Shown here in pieces: positions 18,252 to 28,168 of a DNA stretch of 64,000 nt (positions are counted from its first letter, which is position 1; each line of letters opens with the position of its first letter). Made by a program: the position numbers and the translations under genes. This DNA is from Nitrospiraceae bacterium (lineage in GTDB: Bacteria > Nitrospirota > Nitrospiria > Nitrospirales > Nitrospiraceae), in assembly GCA_050246315.1 (NCBI GenBank), contig JBFWWG010000005.1, forward strand, positions 192,001-256,000, in the 5' to 3' direction. Below the pieces are notes generated by a model. It was not told the DNA's origin. It did not search any database and saw nothing but the letters and a program-made list of their open reading frames with translations.

Positions 18252-18875
18252 GTGAAGAGACTAATTGCTGGACTAGGAATCGGGCTCGGGGTCGTCATGA
18301 TGCTCGGCTGTTCGGGCCCAAGCGAAATGATCAGCTTGTCGATTCCCAGCATGCGCGATCCGGCGGCGGCCAAGACGGCCAAGAGTGCCGGTCCGACGGT
18401 CGGGGTCGTTCGGTTCGAAGACAAGCGGGCCAACCGGTCGCACCTCGGCACGAAAACCGGCAGACTGGGCGGCATCGAGAATTTCGGCGTACGAGGCAAT
18501 GATCCTGGTCAGGCCGCGGCCACTGCCCTCACCGATTACCTGCGAAGCAAAGGCTGGAATGCATCCGTCATGTCCGAGAACGCGGCCAGTTCAGCCGATG
18601 TCATGGTATCCGGCGAGATCCAGGAAATGGAAGTGGACGCCAAGAACGGTTTCTTTTCCACTGACCTCTGGTCCAAGGTGAAGATCCTTGTCCAGGGTAA
18701 CAACAAGAACGACGGCAGCAAGGTCCGAATGACATTGACCGGCAGCGGTACGGACAGCGTGTTTTGGTTCAGCCCGGACGATGCGCAAGGATTGGTCAAC
18801 GATGTGATGACGGAAAGCTTCTCAAAGCTAGTGTCTTCGACGAAATTCGAGAACGGCGCACTACGTCTCAATTGA
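18252..18875 (+). CDS. Lipoprotein, YajG-like
   Basis: GGAGGAG RBS, GTG start, lipobox MLGC, V..FEDKR motif. Confidence 0.7.
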   Translation: MKRLIAGLGIGLGVVMMLGCSGPSEMISLSIPSMRDPAAAKTAKSAGPTVGVVRFEDKRANRSHLGTKTGRLGGIENFGVRGNDPGQAAATALTDYLRSKGWNASVMSENAASSADVMVSGEIQEMEVDAKNGFFSTDLWSKVKILVQGNNKNDGSKVRMTLTGSGTDSVFWFSPDDAQGLVNDVMTESFSKLVSSTKFENGALRLN

Positions 18876-19116
18876 CCTCATGATCTCGGCAGGGCGGATG
18901 CGTTCCGGTCTCCGCCTCTTTACTATCCTGCACTATCCTGCTCAATCGGGGGAGAGCCGGATCGATCGGGGACCTGCCTGGGGCGGTGTGTTTCCTCAGC
19001 ATGCAGCGGAACCGTTCGTCCTACCTCGCGACGAATTTTCGCCTCCCGCGGATGAGAGGAAAGGGGTACCTCAAGGGGGTTGGCGCTTGTGGTCGGTTGG
19101 CTTACGGTGAGTCGTC

Positions 19117-19749
19117 ATGCAGCCGATGGTTTCGAATTCCACCCGGAGCGAGCGTAGCATGAACGCCATCTCTCTTGATCGTCGCGTGAGCACCCTGTTG
19201 GCCGGTGTCTTGCTGGTGGGGTTGAGTGGGTGCAGTGTTTTACCCAAGGGTGTTGTCACGCTGGATGTTGGGGAGCAGGATCGCGGCGTGGCCTCGTGGT
19301 ATGGCGAATCCTTTCACGGCAGACTGGCTGCCGACGGCAAAATCTTTGATATGTATGCGCTAACGGGTGCCCATCGAACCTTGCCCCTGGGCACGGTCGT
19401 TCGAGTCGTCAATGCCGTCAACGGCAGGTCGGTGCTGATCCGGATTACCGATCGGGGGCCCTATATCGAAGGCCGCATGCTTGACCTCTCGTATGCCGCG
19501 GCCGAGCGCTTGGGGATGGCGGTCCAGGGTCTCTCGCCGGTCTTGGTTGAGGTCGTCGGGAGTCAAGACTTCCTGGTTCAACACGTTGGCATCGCAGTGG
19601 CCACCCTCGAAACGGCGGTCGGTTGGAACACGAACATGGGACGCTTACCGTCAGCCCGTTCAGTTCCGAGTGTCGAAGCGCTGATCCCTCTCCGACCCGG
19701 GGATGTGTGGGGCGGGCGGCGCGAGCGTCGCTGGTTGATCGAAGTGTGA
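19117..19749 (+). CDS. rlpA: RlpA-family septal ring lytic transglycosylase (start may be 19159)
   Basis: GVASWYG..FHG, TGAHRTLPLGT, ITDRGPY, LDLSYAAA; lipobox LSGC. Confidence 0.88.
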   Translation: MQPMVSNSTRSERSMNAISLDRRVSTLLAGVLLVGLSGCSVLPKGVVTLDVGEQDRGVASWYGESFHGRLAADGKIFDMYALTGAHRTLPLGTVVRVVNAVNGRSVLIRITDRGPYIEGRMLDLSYAAAERLGMAVQGLSPVLVEVVGSQDFLVQHVGIAVATLETAVGWNTNMGRLPSARSVPSVEALIPLRPGDVWGGRRERRWLIEV

Positions 19750-19794
19750 CCTCATTACTCCCTCCTCCTACCTTCTCTCGTAGGGTCGGTCTGG

Positions 19795-19824
19795 TTGACA
19801 GGGCTCGAAACAACACACTACACT
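19795..19824 (+). promoter_or_regulatory. Putative sigma70 promoter
   Basis: TTGACA, 18-nt spacer, TACACT. Confidence 0.55.
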
Positions 19825-19882
19825 TCGAGAAATCCAGGGGGTGGTTTACTGTGCCATCTGCAAGAAGGAGCAGCGCATCTCT

Positions 19883-20086
19883 ATGCCCAAGAAAACGCAA
19901 GAGGAGAAGGACGAATCCAGGCTCAAGACCAAACTGCGCGAAAGGCTGGCAGGTCACGCCAACCCGGAAGGGGATGCGGCGTTGCGGGCTCTTCACAAAC
20001 GACTGAAGCGGACTCAACGCAAGCGGCGTGCGTTGGCAGCCCGGAAGGTCCGAGCCGCCGGAGCCGCAAGTACCGAGCAAAAGTAG
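19883..20086 (+). CDS. Small, highly basic helical hypothetical protein
   Basis: AAGGAG upstream; 67-aa Lys/Arg-rich ORF between a promoter and the HEAT gene. Confidence 0.6.
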   Translation: MPKKTQEEKDESRLKTKLRERLAGHANPEGDAALRALHKRLKRTQRKRRALAARKVRAAGAASTEQK

Positions 20087-20125
20087 ATTGACAGACTGAT
20101 TCGATCGACAGGAGCATGGCAGACA

Positions 20126-20971
20126 ATGGATAAACCGAATCACGAACCGACCCCCCCTGAGGGGGTTTCCGCTTCCGCGGATCAAGCGGCTCAGGATGAA
20201 TTGACCGACCAGCTGTCCGCCCGGTTGACCGCCGAAGCATCGGCTCCAGAGGGAGAGGTTCAGGCTGCGGATCAGACCGCCGAGGAAACCGTCATCCTTG
20301 AAGAGGAAGTGGTCAAGGATGAGATCGATATCCAGATCGATCTTTTGAAAGACTCCGATTGGGTCGTGCGCCGGGAGGCTGTGGTCACGCTTGGTGAGAT
20401 GGCCGATGAACGGTGTGTGGAGCCGTTGTGCAATGCCCTCCGCGACGGTGATTGGCAGGTTCGTGAGGCGGCGGTGGAGGGTTTGGCGAATGTCGGGTCT
20501 CCCGCCGTCGAGTTGCTCATCAAACTGCTGCGCGATTGGGATGTTCGGAAATATGCCATCCAAAGCCTGGGCAAGATCAAAGATGAACGGGTGTTGGAGC
20601 CCTTGGTCGCGCAGTTGCGCAGCGATGAGTTTCGGGAAGACGCCACCACTGCGCTCTCCGAGCTCGGAAAGCCCGCGGTGGACCGGCTGGTCAAGGCGCT
20701 GAAGGATAAGGACGAGACCGTTCGCAAACAGGTGGTCCTCATTCTGGGTCGGATCAAGGATGGGAGTGCGGTCGATTCGCTCATCGGGATGCTCGGCGAT
20801 CCGGATTGGTTTGTGCGCCTTACCGCGGCGGCGGCCTTGGAAGCCATTCACGACGAGCGGGGGCGGGAAGCGATCAAGCCGTTAATGAAAGATCCGGACC
20901 TGGTGGTCCGCCTGCGCGTCGAACGTATTCTCGCTGCGTGGAAGAAGCGACAGCAGGAAGTCAACGCCTGA
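20126..20971 (+). CDS. HEAT/PBS-lyase repeat protein, cytoplasmic
   Basis: Repeated L.D.D..VR..A...LG units. Confidence 0.9.
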   Translation: MDKPNHEPTPPEGVSASADQAAQDELTDQLSARLTAEASAPEGEVQAADQTAEETVILEEEVVKDEIDIQIDLLKDSDWVVRREAVVTLGEMADERCVEPLCNALRDGDWQVREAAVEGLANVGSPAVELLIKLLRDWDVRKYAIQSLGKIKDERVLEPLVAQLRSDEFREDATTALSELGKPAVDRLVKALKDKDETVRKQVVLILGRIKDGSAVDSLIGMLGDPDWFVRLTAAAALEAIHDERGREAIKPLMKDPDLVVRLRVERILAAWKKRQQEVNA

Positions 20972-20982
20972 GCATGGCGGAC

Positions 20983-21417
20983 CTACTTTTGTAACAGCTC
21001 GTCCATTTCCTTCTGGATTCCGTCCAGTTTCGTCGGGCCGAATTTCTTCCCGATCGTCAGCTCCAACCGCACTTCCTTCACCTGCGCGACCAGCGTGCGC
21101 AACCTGGCGGAAACGGCAGGCTCCCGAGTTCCGTGGAGCGCCTGCTCCATGGCATCAATAGTTTCCGCCAGTTCCTTTCCCGCATGACCGTAGTTCCGCT
21201 CCGCCAGATCCAGCTTGGCCTGCACCAACCGTGCTTTGGCATCGACGAGTCCTTGGCGACGGCGGAGGTCACGCTCGATTCCCAATGTGGTGTCCATGAC
21301 ATTTTTCGACAGTTCTCTGACCTTCTCCGACAATGGCTTGAGCGGAAGCTGTCCGAATACATAGCCAGCGGCGAACGCGACGGAGATGAGGACAAGCAGG
21401 CCGAGAAATCTCAACAT
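20983..21417 (-). CDS. Hypothetical membrane-anchored helical protein
   Basis: N-terminal TM, coiled-coil body; same strand and 16 nt after HEAT gene. Confidence 0.7.
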   Translation of the reverse strand: MLRFLGLLVLISVAFAAGYVFGQLPLKPLSEKVRELSKNVMDTTLGIERDLRRRQGLVDAKARLVQAKLDLAERNYGHAGKELAETIDAMEQALHGTREPAVSARLRTLVAQVKEVRLELTIGKKFGPTKLDGIQKEMDELLQK

Positions 21418-21433
21418 GGCGTAGGCTCGTGCG

Positions 21434-22804
21434 TCAGCTCGTTCGCATTCGTCCGTTGTCGATGACCCGAAGCAACCCGCCGCCCGCTGTGATCCTGACG
21501 GCAGGTTCGGAATCTTGGATGGCCTTCTTGAGCGCGGGAATTACCGCACGTCCGCCGACACGGCCCAGGGCGCGGGCTGCGGCCAATCGAGGTTGCGGTT
21601 GCGGATCGCGCAGCATCTGGTCAAGCAGAGGGATCGCCTGCGTGTAGCCGTTGACGGCAAGCGATTGTGCCACGGCAGCCCGCACTTGCGGAGCCGCATG
21701 TTTGGCCAAGTGTGCAGCCGTGAACAGAACGTCCTGATCTCCCGCGCGCACCAATCCCTCTAAGGCGCTGGCCCGTACGAAGTCGTCGGCATCCCGCAAG
21801 AGTGGCTGCAGCAGCGACCGGATATGAGGGCCGCCCAAGCGGCCGGCGCTCGTCGCCGCAATCGCTCGAACCCGAGGGTCCTCATCGGCCAGCGCATGCG
21901 AGAGCGCGGAGAGTCCAGACATCTGCCCGAACTCGCCGAGCGCACCTGCTGCGAATGCTCGAACGGAGGCCTCGGGATCATACACCGCCTGGGTGAGTAA
22001 GGACAGTGTGGCCGGTCGTTTCAGACGACCGAGAACACCCAGTGCCGCCATACGGATCTCGGGGTCGGGATACGTCGCTGCAGCCAGGACATCTGCCGTC
22101 ATGTCTTCTCGGCCCAGCCGGATCAAGGCTCCAGCGGCAAATACCGATTCCGGACCTTCATCGCGCCGAGCGATTTCAACCAGGCGATCACGAACGGAGG
22201 TGACGCCAAGCTCGCCCAATGAGGTCATGGCGGCGATCCGAACCGAAGGGGCGCGGTCGTCGAGGGCTCTGATCAACGTTCCGGCTCGCGATGTCAATTT
22301 CGTGCGTCCGATGGCCTCGGCTGCCTTCGCGCGAATGACCACGGACGGATCCAGAAGGCTGTCTTCCAGCAACGGGCCGAATTCTTTGGTGGAGGACTCG
22401 GCCACGACGGCGAAGGCGGCGAGCCGGATATGTTCCTGCGAGTCGCGCATCCGGCTGGTGACCGTGGACCAGGCGATCTCGTGCAGCAAAGCAAGATCGT
22501 CAGTGGAGCCTTCCGGGATCAACTGTTGGTACAGCGGCCACGCGTCTTCCGGACGTCCCAGTCGGGCATAGCTGCGCAGGGCCAGTCGAGACAGGTCCGG
22601 AGGGGGGGATTGACCACCATCTGATCGTGCGGCTTGATACAACCGAATCACCCGATCATATTCGCCTGCGTCGAATGCTTGTGCGGCGGGACTCGCCGTC
22701 TGTGCATGAGGGGAGGATCGTGCTTTCGCCGATACAGAAACAACCTGGTGGGAAACTGAGGCCAGGCACAGGAGAGACAGGATGAGCGAATTCAGGGACA
22801 GCAT
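21434..22804 (-). CDS. Exported HEAT-repeat protein with N-terminal TPR-like segment
   Basis: Signal-like N-terminus; many D....VR..AA.ALG repeats. Confidence 0.85.
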   Translation of the reverse strand: MLSLNSLILSLLCLASVSHQVVSVSAKARSSPHAQTASPAAQAFDAGEYDRVIRLYQAARSDGGQSPPPDLSRLALRSYARLGRPEDAWPLYQQLIPEGSTDDLALLHEIAWSTVTSRMRDSQEHIRLAAFAVVAESSTKEFGPLLEDSLLDPSVVIRAKAAEAIGRTKLTSRAGTLIRALDDRAPSVRIAAMTSLGELGVTSVRDRLVEIARRDEGPESVFAAGALIRLGREDMTADVLAAATYPDPEIRMAALGVLGRLKRPATLSLLTQAVYDPEASVRAFAAGALGEFGQMSGLSALSHALADEDPRVRAIAATSAGRLGGPHIRSLLQPLLRDADDFVRASALEGLVRAGDQDVLFTAAHLAKHAAPQVRAAVAQSLAVNGYTQAIPLLDQMLRDPQPQPRLAAARALGRVGGRAVIPALKKAIQDSEPAVRITAGGGLLRVIDNGRMRTS

Positions 22805-22896
22805 AGTCGCCCAGGTTTTGAGGAGATACCGACGGCGGCGCGGAGATCGAGCGAGCGGAACCGGCTTCCGGCTCCGTCACCCATGCGTCGTTCGTC

Positions 22897-25032
22897 CTAC
22901 CATGAAGAGGGAGCTTTCGTCGAGGCTGGAGCGTACACGAGATCCATGTACTCTTTTACCATCCGCCTGGCGCTGAATCGGGGCGCGTTGGTCCGGATCG
23001 ACTGTTTGACCACCTGGAGCCATGCACGAGGGACCCCATCGAGATCCCGCTGGTAATAGAGCGGAATTACTTCCTCTTCTAACAGGCGGTACAGTTCCTT
23101 ACTGTCGAGGTCATCTTCCACCGTCGGGTCCTGCAGATGACTGGATGAGGGAATGCCCCATCCGTTGCTACCGTCGTAGCCTTCCTGCCACCAGCCGTCC
23201 AGCACGCTGAGATGAAGGACTCCGTTGAGCGTGGCCTTCTGACCGCTGGTGCCGCTGGCTTCCATCGGGGCGCGCGGAGTGTTGAGCCACACGTCCACTC
23301 CCTGCACCAGATATTTGGCCATGTGCATGTCGTAGTTCTCAAGGAAAGCGATATGGCCGGCCAGCTTGTGGTCGTGACAATAGGACAAGACCTGATGGAT
23401 AAATTGACGGCCGGGTTCGTCTGCGGGATGAGCTTTGCCGGCAAAGACGATCTGGACTGGCCGCCATCGGTCATGGAGCAGGCGGCGCAGCCGGTCCAGG
23501 TCTCGGAAGAGCAAGGTGGCCCGCTTGTAGGTCGCAAACCTGCGGGCAAATCCGATCGTGAGGGCTTCCGGGTCCAACATCGTACCGCGGGAGAGGACTT
23601 GAGAGGCGAGCAGGCGGCCCTCGGCCCATCCACCTCTCGCCCGCTCTCGGATGAAGGACATCAGCTTCCGCTTCATGAATTGCCGGACACCCCAGAGTTC
23701 CGCGTCGGGAATGTCCGGCACCCGTTGCCAGATAGCCGGATCGTCCGATCGATCCACCCAATCAGGTCCCAAGTATTTTCCATAGAGTTGATGGAGCTCC
23801 GCCGCAATCCAGGTCGGGACATGCACGCCGTTGGTGAGACTGCGGATCGGGACCAGCTCTTCCGATAGGCCCGGCCACAGACTCTGCCACATTTGACGCG
23901 TGACGCGCCCGTGCTCGCGGCTGACGCCGTTCACATGCGCGGACAGACGCATCGTCAGCGCCGTCATGTTGAAGCCGGCTTCGGGATGGTCCGGGTGCTC
24001 GCCCAGTCGGAAGAACGCCGATCGGGTCAGTCCAAGCTGATCCCAGTAACCGTTGAAATATCGCTCCATCAGGTCCAACGGAAAGACATCGTGACCGGCG
24101 GGAACCGGCGTATGGGTGGTGAAAACCGTGCTGTGTCGGACCGCCTCCACAGCTTCACTGTGGGTGAGACCGGCGCGCACGTGTTCGCGCAGACGCTCCA
24201 GGGTCAGAAAGGCCGAATGGCCTTCGTTCGCATGCCACACGGTCGGATTGTGACCGAGGGCACGCAGGGCGCGGACTCCGCCGAGGCCGAGCAGGATCTC
24301 CTGACACAGTCGCATTTCCTGCCCTCCGCCATAGAGACGGGCCGACAGCCCTCGATCCTCCGGAGCGTTGTTCGGGACGTCCGTATCCAGCAGGTAAATG
24401 GGAATTCTCCCGATCTGCACTTTCCACACGGTCGCCGAAACCTGGCGGCCGCCCATTTCCACACTGATGTGGCAAGGGCTCCCTTCCGGTGTGAGGGCCG
24501 GATTGATAGGGGACTCGTCCCGGTTGAACGGCGCATATTCCGCTTCCTGCCAGCCATCAGGCGTGATGGACTGCCGGAAATAGCCTTGCTGATACATGAA
24601 CCCCAGGCCGATCAACGGCAGACCAAGATCACTGGCTTCTTTGCAGTGGTCACCTGCGAGGATTCCAAGCCCGCCGCTGTAAATCGGAATGGAGTTGTGG
24701 AATCCGAACTCGGCCGACATGTAGGCGACTTGAAAATTGGTCATGGTCGCATAACGGGTCGCGAACCAGGTCTGGCGATCCGAGCGGTATTCATCGAAGG
24801 CCTTGATGACGGCGGAATACTGCCGGGCGAATCCGGGATCGGCGGCCAGCGCGGTCAGCCGCTCGGGGTTGACGCTTTGGAGCAGAAGCACCGGGTTGTG
24901 GTGGCAGTGAAACCACAGGACGGGATCGATGGCTTCGAAGAGCCAGCGCGCGTCCAGGCGCCAACTCCACCAGGGGTTTTGGGCAAGATCATGCAGCCGA
25001 GCGATCGAATGGGGAAGACGGTGGACGGACAT
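22897..25032 (-). CDS. glgP: Alpha-glucan (glycogen/maltodextrin) phosphorylase
   Basis: YSGGLGILAGD, NEGHSAF, ARRFATYKR, AGKAHP, EASGTSGQK (PLP lysine). Confidence 0.96.
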   Translation of the reverse strand: MSVHRLPHSIARLHDLAQNPWWSWRLDARWLFEAIDPVLWFHCHHNPVLLLQSVNPERLTALAADPGFARQYSAVIKAFDEYRSDRQTWFATRYATMTNFQVAYMSAEFGFHNSIPIYSGGLGILAGDHCKEASDLGLPLIGLGFMYQQGYFRQSITPDGWQEAEYAPFNRDESPINPALTPEGSPCHISVEMGGRQVSATVWKVQIGRIPIYLLDTDVPNNAPEDRGLSARLYGGGQEMRLCQEILLGLGGVRALRALGHNPTVWHANEGHSAFLTLERLREHVRAGLTHSEAVEAVRHSTVFTTHTPVPAGHDVFPLDLMERYFNGYWDQLGLTRSAFFRLGEHPDHPEAGFNMTALTMRLSAHVNGVSREHGRVTRQMWQSLWPGLSEELVPIRSLTNGVHVPTWIAAELHQLYGKYLGPDWVDRSDDPAIWQRVPDIPDAELWGVRQFMKRKLMSFIRERARGGWAEGRLLASQVLSRGTMLDPEALTIGFARRFATYKRATLLFRDLDRLRRLLHDRWRPVQIVFAGKAHPADEPGRQFIHQVLSYCHDHKLAGHIAFLENYDMHMAKYLVQGVDVWLNTPRAPMEASGTSGQKATLNGVLHLSVLDGWWQEGYDGSNGWGIPSSSHLQDPTVEDDLDSKELYRLLEEEVIPLYYQRDLDGVPRAWLQVVKQSIRTNAPRFSARRMVKEYMDLVYAPASTKAPSSW

Positions 25033-25056
25033 GCGTGTTATGCCAACCCCTCCATA

Positions 25057-25893
25057 TCAGGCATGTCCCGCCTCATGCCAGGTGGCCCAATTGTCCGAAA
25101 AGGCGACCGCAGCGTAGCGCTCCCCGAGGATCTTGGTCACCCGGTTCATCAGGCGTGTGAGTTCCTGTGCTTCCTGGGCCCTGAGGTCGCGACGGAATCG
25201 GGGATGCAAACCCCAACGGGTCTCCACCTCTTCTCCCGTGATGGCGGCGACGACACTCACAAGTTTAATCTCATGGCCGGTGCTCGACGACTGAGACGGA
25301 CGTTCAGCCTGGCCCACAGCGGCCGCGGGCGCCGCCGGTTGCTGATCCGGTTGCCGGCCTTCGAAGAGCGCGTTCATGGCCGGAATGACTGCACCGGCGC
25401 ACAGCATCGCGGAAGCCGCCACCTGGCCGTTCGACGGATCACCCATCGCCTGCGCAATTCGGACGCCGAACTGCGATAGCATCTCCTGCTTCTGTTTCGA
25501 GTCCTCGGTCACCATGAACTTGAACGGTTCGTACAGGCGGCGGCTCTCGGCCACGGTCAAGCCCACGGTCATGACGAGTTCCATGGGATCGCTGGTGTTG
25601 CTGATGGCTTGAGCGAACAAGGTTTTCAGTTGATAGCTGACCGCATCTTCCAATTGATTCATGAATTCCGGCTGGTCTGCCAGAGGCACGTGCATGGCGG
25701 ACAAACGATCCGCCAGATTGAACAGAACCTTGAGAAACTCCAGATAGACTTCCCACTCCTCTTTGCGTTTCAGCTTCAGAGCACGATCGGGTGCACTTTT
25801 CTTCGCAAGTGTGACCGATTCACCGGCAATCGCCAGCATGAGTTCGGCCAAGGCTCGAATTCTGTCACGATATTGGACCAACGCCGTGGGCAC
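25057..25893 (-). CDS. Hypothetical protein upstream of glgP
   Basis: GAGGA RBS, 278-aa ORF, own promoter. Confidence 0.7.
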   Translation of the reverse strand: MPTALVQYRDRIRALAELMLAIAGESVTLAKKSAPDRALKLKRKEEWEVYLEFLKVLFNLADRLSAMHVPLADQPEFMNQLEDAVSYQLKTLFAQAISNTSDPMELVMTVGLTVAESRRLYEPFKFMVTEDSKQKQEMLSQFGVRIAQAMGDPSNGQVAASAMLCAGAVIPAMNALFEGRQPDQQPAAPAAAVGQAERPSQSSSTGHEIKLVSVVAAITGEEVETRWGLHPRFRRDLRAQEAQELTRLMNRVTKILGERYAAVAFSDNWATWHEAGHA

Positions 25894-25914
25894 CGCGGTT
25901 CCTCAAATCGCAGT

Positions 25915-25943
25915 ATTATAGCCGACTCATGCGTGACCTCCAA
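25915..25943 (-). promoter_or_regulatory. Putative sigma70 promoter of the hypothetical-glgP unit
   Basis: Minus strand TTGGAG, 17-nt spacer, TATAAT. Confidence 0.6.
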
Positions 25944-26105
25944 GGTATTTAATATCACGGCGGCCAAGCAGAGTCGGTCGTGCTGGTGAAGGAACGCGCA
26001 ATCGCGCATGGCCAGGTGCATTGCGGTCAAGCGGACGGTCATGGTATACAGCGCGAAGTAGAACGCGATTCTCTCGCGAACGATTGCAACCTTCTCCCCT
26101 GCGCT

Positions 26106-28127
26106 GTGAACTCTGACGTCAAGCCCTACATCCTTCGCCGGAGCGAGGAGCTGGCGGCGCGGCGGCTGTCGCTTGATTACGAGCGGGCTCTCAATCCACA
26201 ACAACTTGCGGCGGTGAAGGCGGTTGACGGCCCGGCTCTGGTGATTGCCGGCGCCGGCAGTGGCAAAACCCGCACGCTGATCTACCGGCTTGCCTATCTG
26301 ATCGATTCCGGGGCGGATCCGGCCTCGATTCTGTTGATGACCTTCACCCGCAAGGCGGCTCAAGAGATGGTGGAACGCGCGAGCGCGCTCATCGGCCCTG
26401 GGGCGGAGCGCGTCTGGGGCGGCACCTTCCACTCGATCGCCAATTCGTTGCTTCGGCGGTATGGCACGGCCATTGGAATCGGCCATGGCTTCACGATACT
26501 TGACCGCAGCGATGCCGAAGATCTCGTGAACCTCGTTCGTGGCCAGCTCGGCTTGGGCGACAAGGATAAACGGTTCCCTCGCAAGGGGACCATCGCCGAG
26601 ATCTTCAGCAAGTGTGAGAATACCCTTCAGTCGATCGAAGATGTGGTTTTAGATGAGTTTTCTCATTTCAGCGAGTTCTTGGAAGACCTGATCAAACTCA
26701 AGGAGGCGTACGACACGCAAAAACAGCAACGCCAGTTGCTCGACTACGACGATCTGCTGGTCAAGTTGTCCGGGTTGTTGGCGGAGACCGAGGGGGTGGG
26801 CGGCAAGGTAACGGAGCAGTTCCGCTACATTTTGGTCGACGAGTATCAGGATACCAATCGATTGCAGGCGCAGGTGATTCGCCGGCTGGCGCGCGGGCAC
26901 CACAATGTCATGGTGGTGGGAGACGATTCGCAGTCTATCTATGCCTTCCGTGGCGCCACATTCCGCAACATCATGGATTTTCCGCAGCTCTTTCCCGGTG
27001 CGCAGATCTATAAGCTCGAAGAAAACTACCGCAGCACCCAGCCGGTCCTCCACTTGGCGAACGCCGTCATTCAACAGGCCGCTGAGAAGTACGAGAAGAG
27101 GCTGTTCACACGGCAATTGGACGGGCCGCCGCCGGTCCTGGTCGAGGCAGGAAGCGAAAATGCCCAATCGCGTTTCGTGGTCCAAAAGATCCTGGAGCTG
27201 TGCGAAGAAGGCGTACCGCTCAACGAGGTCGCTGTGCTGTTTCGCTCGGGCTTTCACTCCTTTGATCTGGAACTGGAGCTCTCACGGCGCAATGTGCCGT
27301 TTATCAAACGCGGCGGCATCAAATTCATTGAAGCCGCGCATGTGAAGGATCTGTTGGCGCACTTGCGCGTTGTCCAGAATCCGTTTGATGTCGTGAGCTG
27401 GAACCGCGTGTTGCTCTTGATCGAGGGCGTGGGACCCAAGAAGGCGCGCGAGCTGATTGCCGGGATCATGAAGACCGACCGGGCTTGGGACGTCCTGCGG
27501 GCCGCAGGAGGGCGTTCGGGTGGCGGGTTGCGGGAGCTTGCCGCGATGCTGGAGGAATTGGCCAGGAAACCATTGGAGCAGGTCGGGGATGTCGTGGGAT
27601 GCACGTATGAGTACTACCTTCCCCTGTTGAAGCAACAGTACGACGACTACCCGAAGCGGATGCGAGATCTCGAACAATTGCACGCCATGGCTGGCCGCTA
27701 CCAGGCGTTGGAAGCATTTCTCGCCGACCTTGCGCTGGAACCGCCGGAAGGGGCGACCAGAGGTCTGAGCGGAGGAGACGAGCAGGATGAGGCTCTCATT
27801 CTTTCAACAATCCATTCGGCCAAGGGATTGGAATGGCGGAGCGTGTTCGTCATTTGGGTGGCGGATGGACGATTTCCCTCGATCTATTCGGCAACGAGCG
27901 AGGAGGACCTCGAGGAGGAGCGGCGTCTGTTTTATGTCGCGGTGACGCGAGCCAAGCGGCATCTCTATCTCACTTATCCGACCAACGTGTACGAGCGCAG
28001 CAGTGGATTTGTCTTCTCTCGGCCTTCGCGCTTTCTCGACGACCTCCCGCCTCATCTGTGGGAAACGTGGAAACTCCAGGAAGAAGACTCACCGGAGTGG
28101 GGTACGCGCACCCAGTCATCGTGGTAA
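26106..28127 (+). CDS. UvrD/PcrA/Rep-family SF1 DNA helicase (start uncertain, 25980-26106)
   Basis: AGAGSGKT, VDEYQD, VGDDSQSIYAFRGA, NYRST, TIHSAKGLEW, EERRLFYVAVTRAK. Confidence 0.95.
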   Translation: MNSDVKPYILRRSEELAARRLSLDYERALNPQQLAAVKAVDGPALVIAGAGSGKTRTLIYRLAYLIDSGADPASILLMTFTRKAAQEMVERASALIGPGAERVWGGTFHSIANSLLRRYGTAIGIGHGFTILDRSDAEDLVNLVRGQLGLGDKDKRFPRKGTIAEIFSKCENTLQSIEDVVLDEFSHFSEFLEDLIKLKEAYDTQKQQRQLLDYDDLLVKLSGLLAETEGVGGKVTEQFRYILVDEYQDTNRLQAQVIRRLARGHHNVMVVGDDSQSIYAFRGATFRNIMDFPQLFPGAQIYKLEENYRSTQPVLHLANAVIQQAAEKYEKRLFTRQLDGPPPVLVEAGSENAQSRFVVQKILELCEEGVPLNEVAVLFRSGFHSFDLELELSRRNVPFIKRGGIKFIEAAHVKDLLAHLRVVQNPFDVVSWNRVLLLIEGVGPKKARELIAGIMKTDRAWDVLRAAGGRSGGGLRELAAMLEELARKPLEQVGDVVGCTYEYYLPLLKQQYDDYPKRMRDLEQLHAMAGRYQALEAFLADLALEPPEGATRGLSGGDEQDEALILSTIHSAKGLEWRSVFVIWVADGRFPSIYSATSEEDLEEERRLFYVAVTRAKRHLYLTYPTNVYERSSGFVFSRPSRFLDDLPPHLWETWKLQEEDSPEWGTRTQSSW

Positions 28128-28168
28128 GGCGTCGTGTTCGTCCTGTCGGAGAATTATTCAGATCCGGC

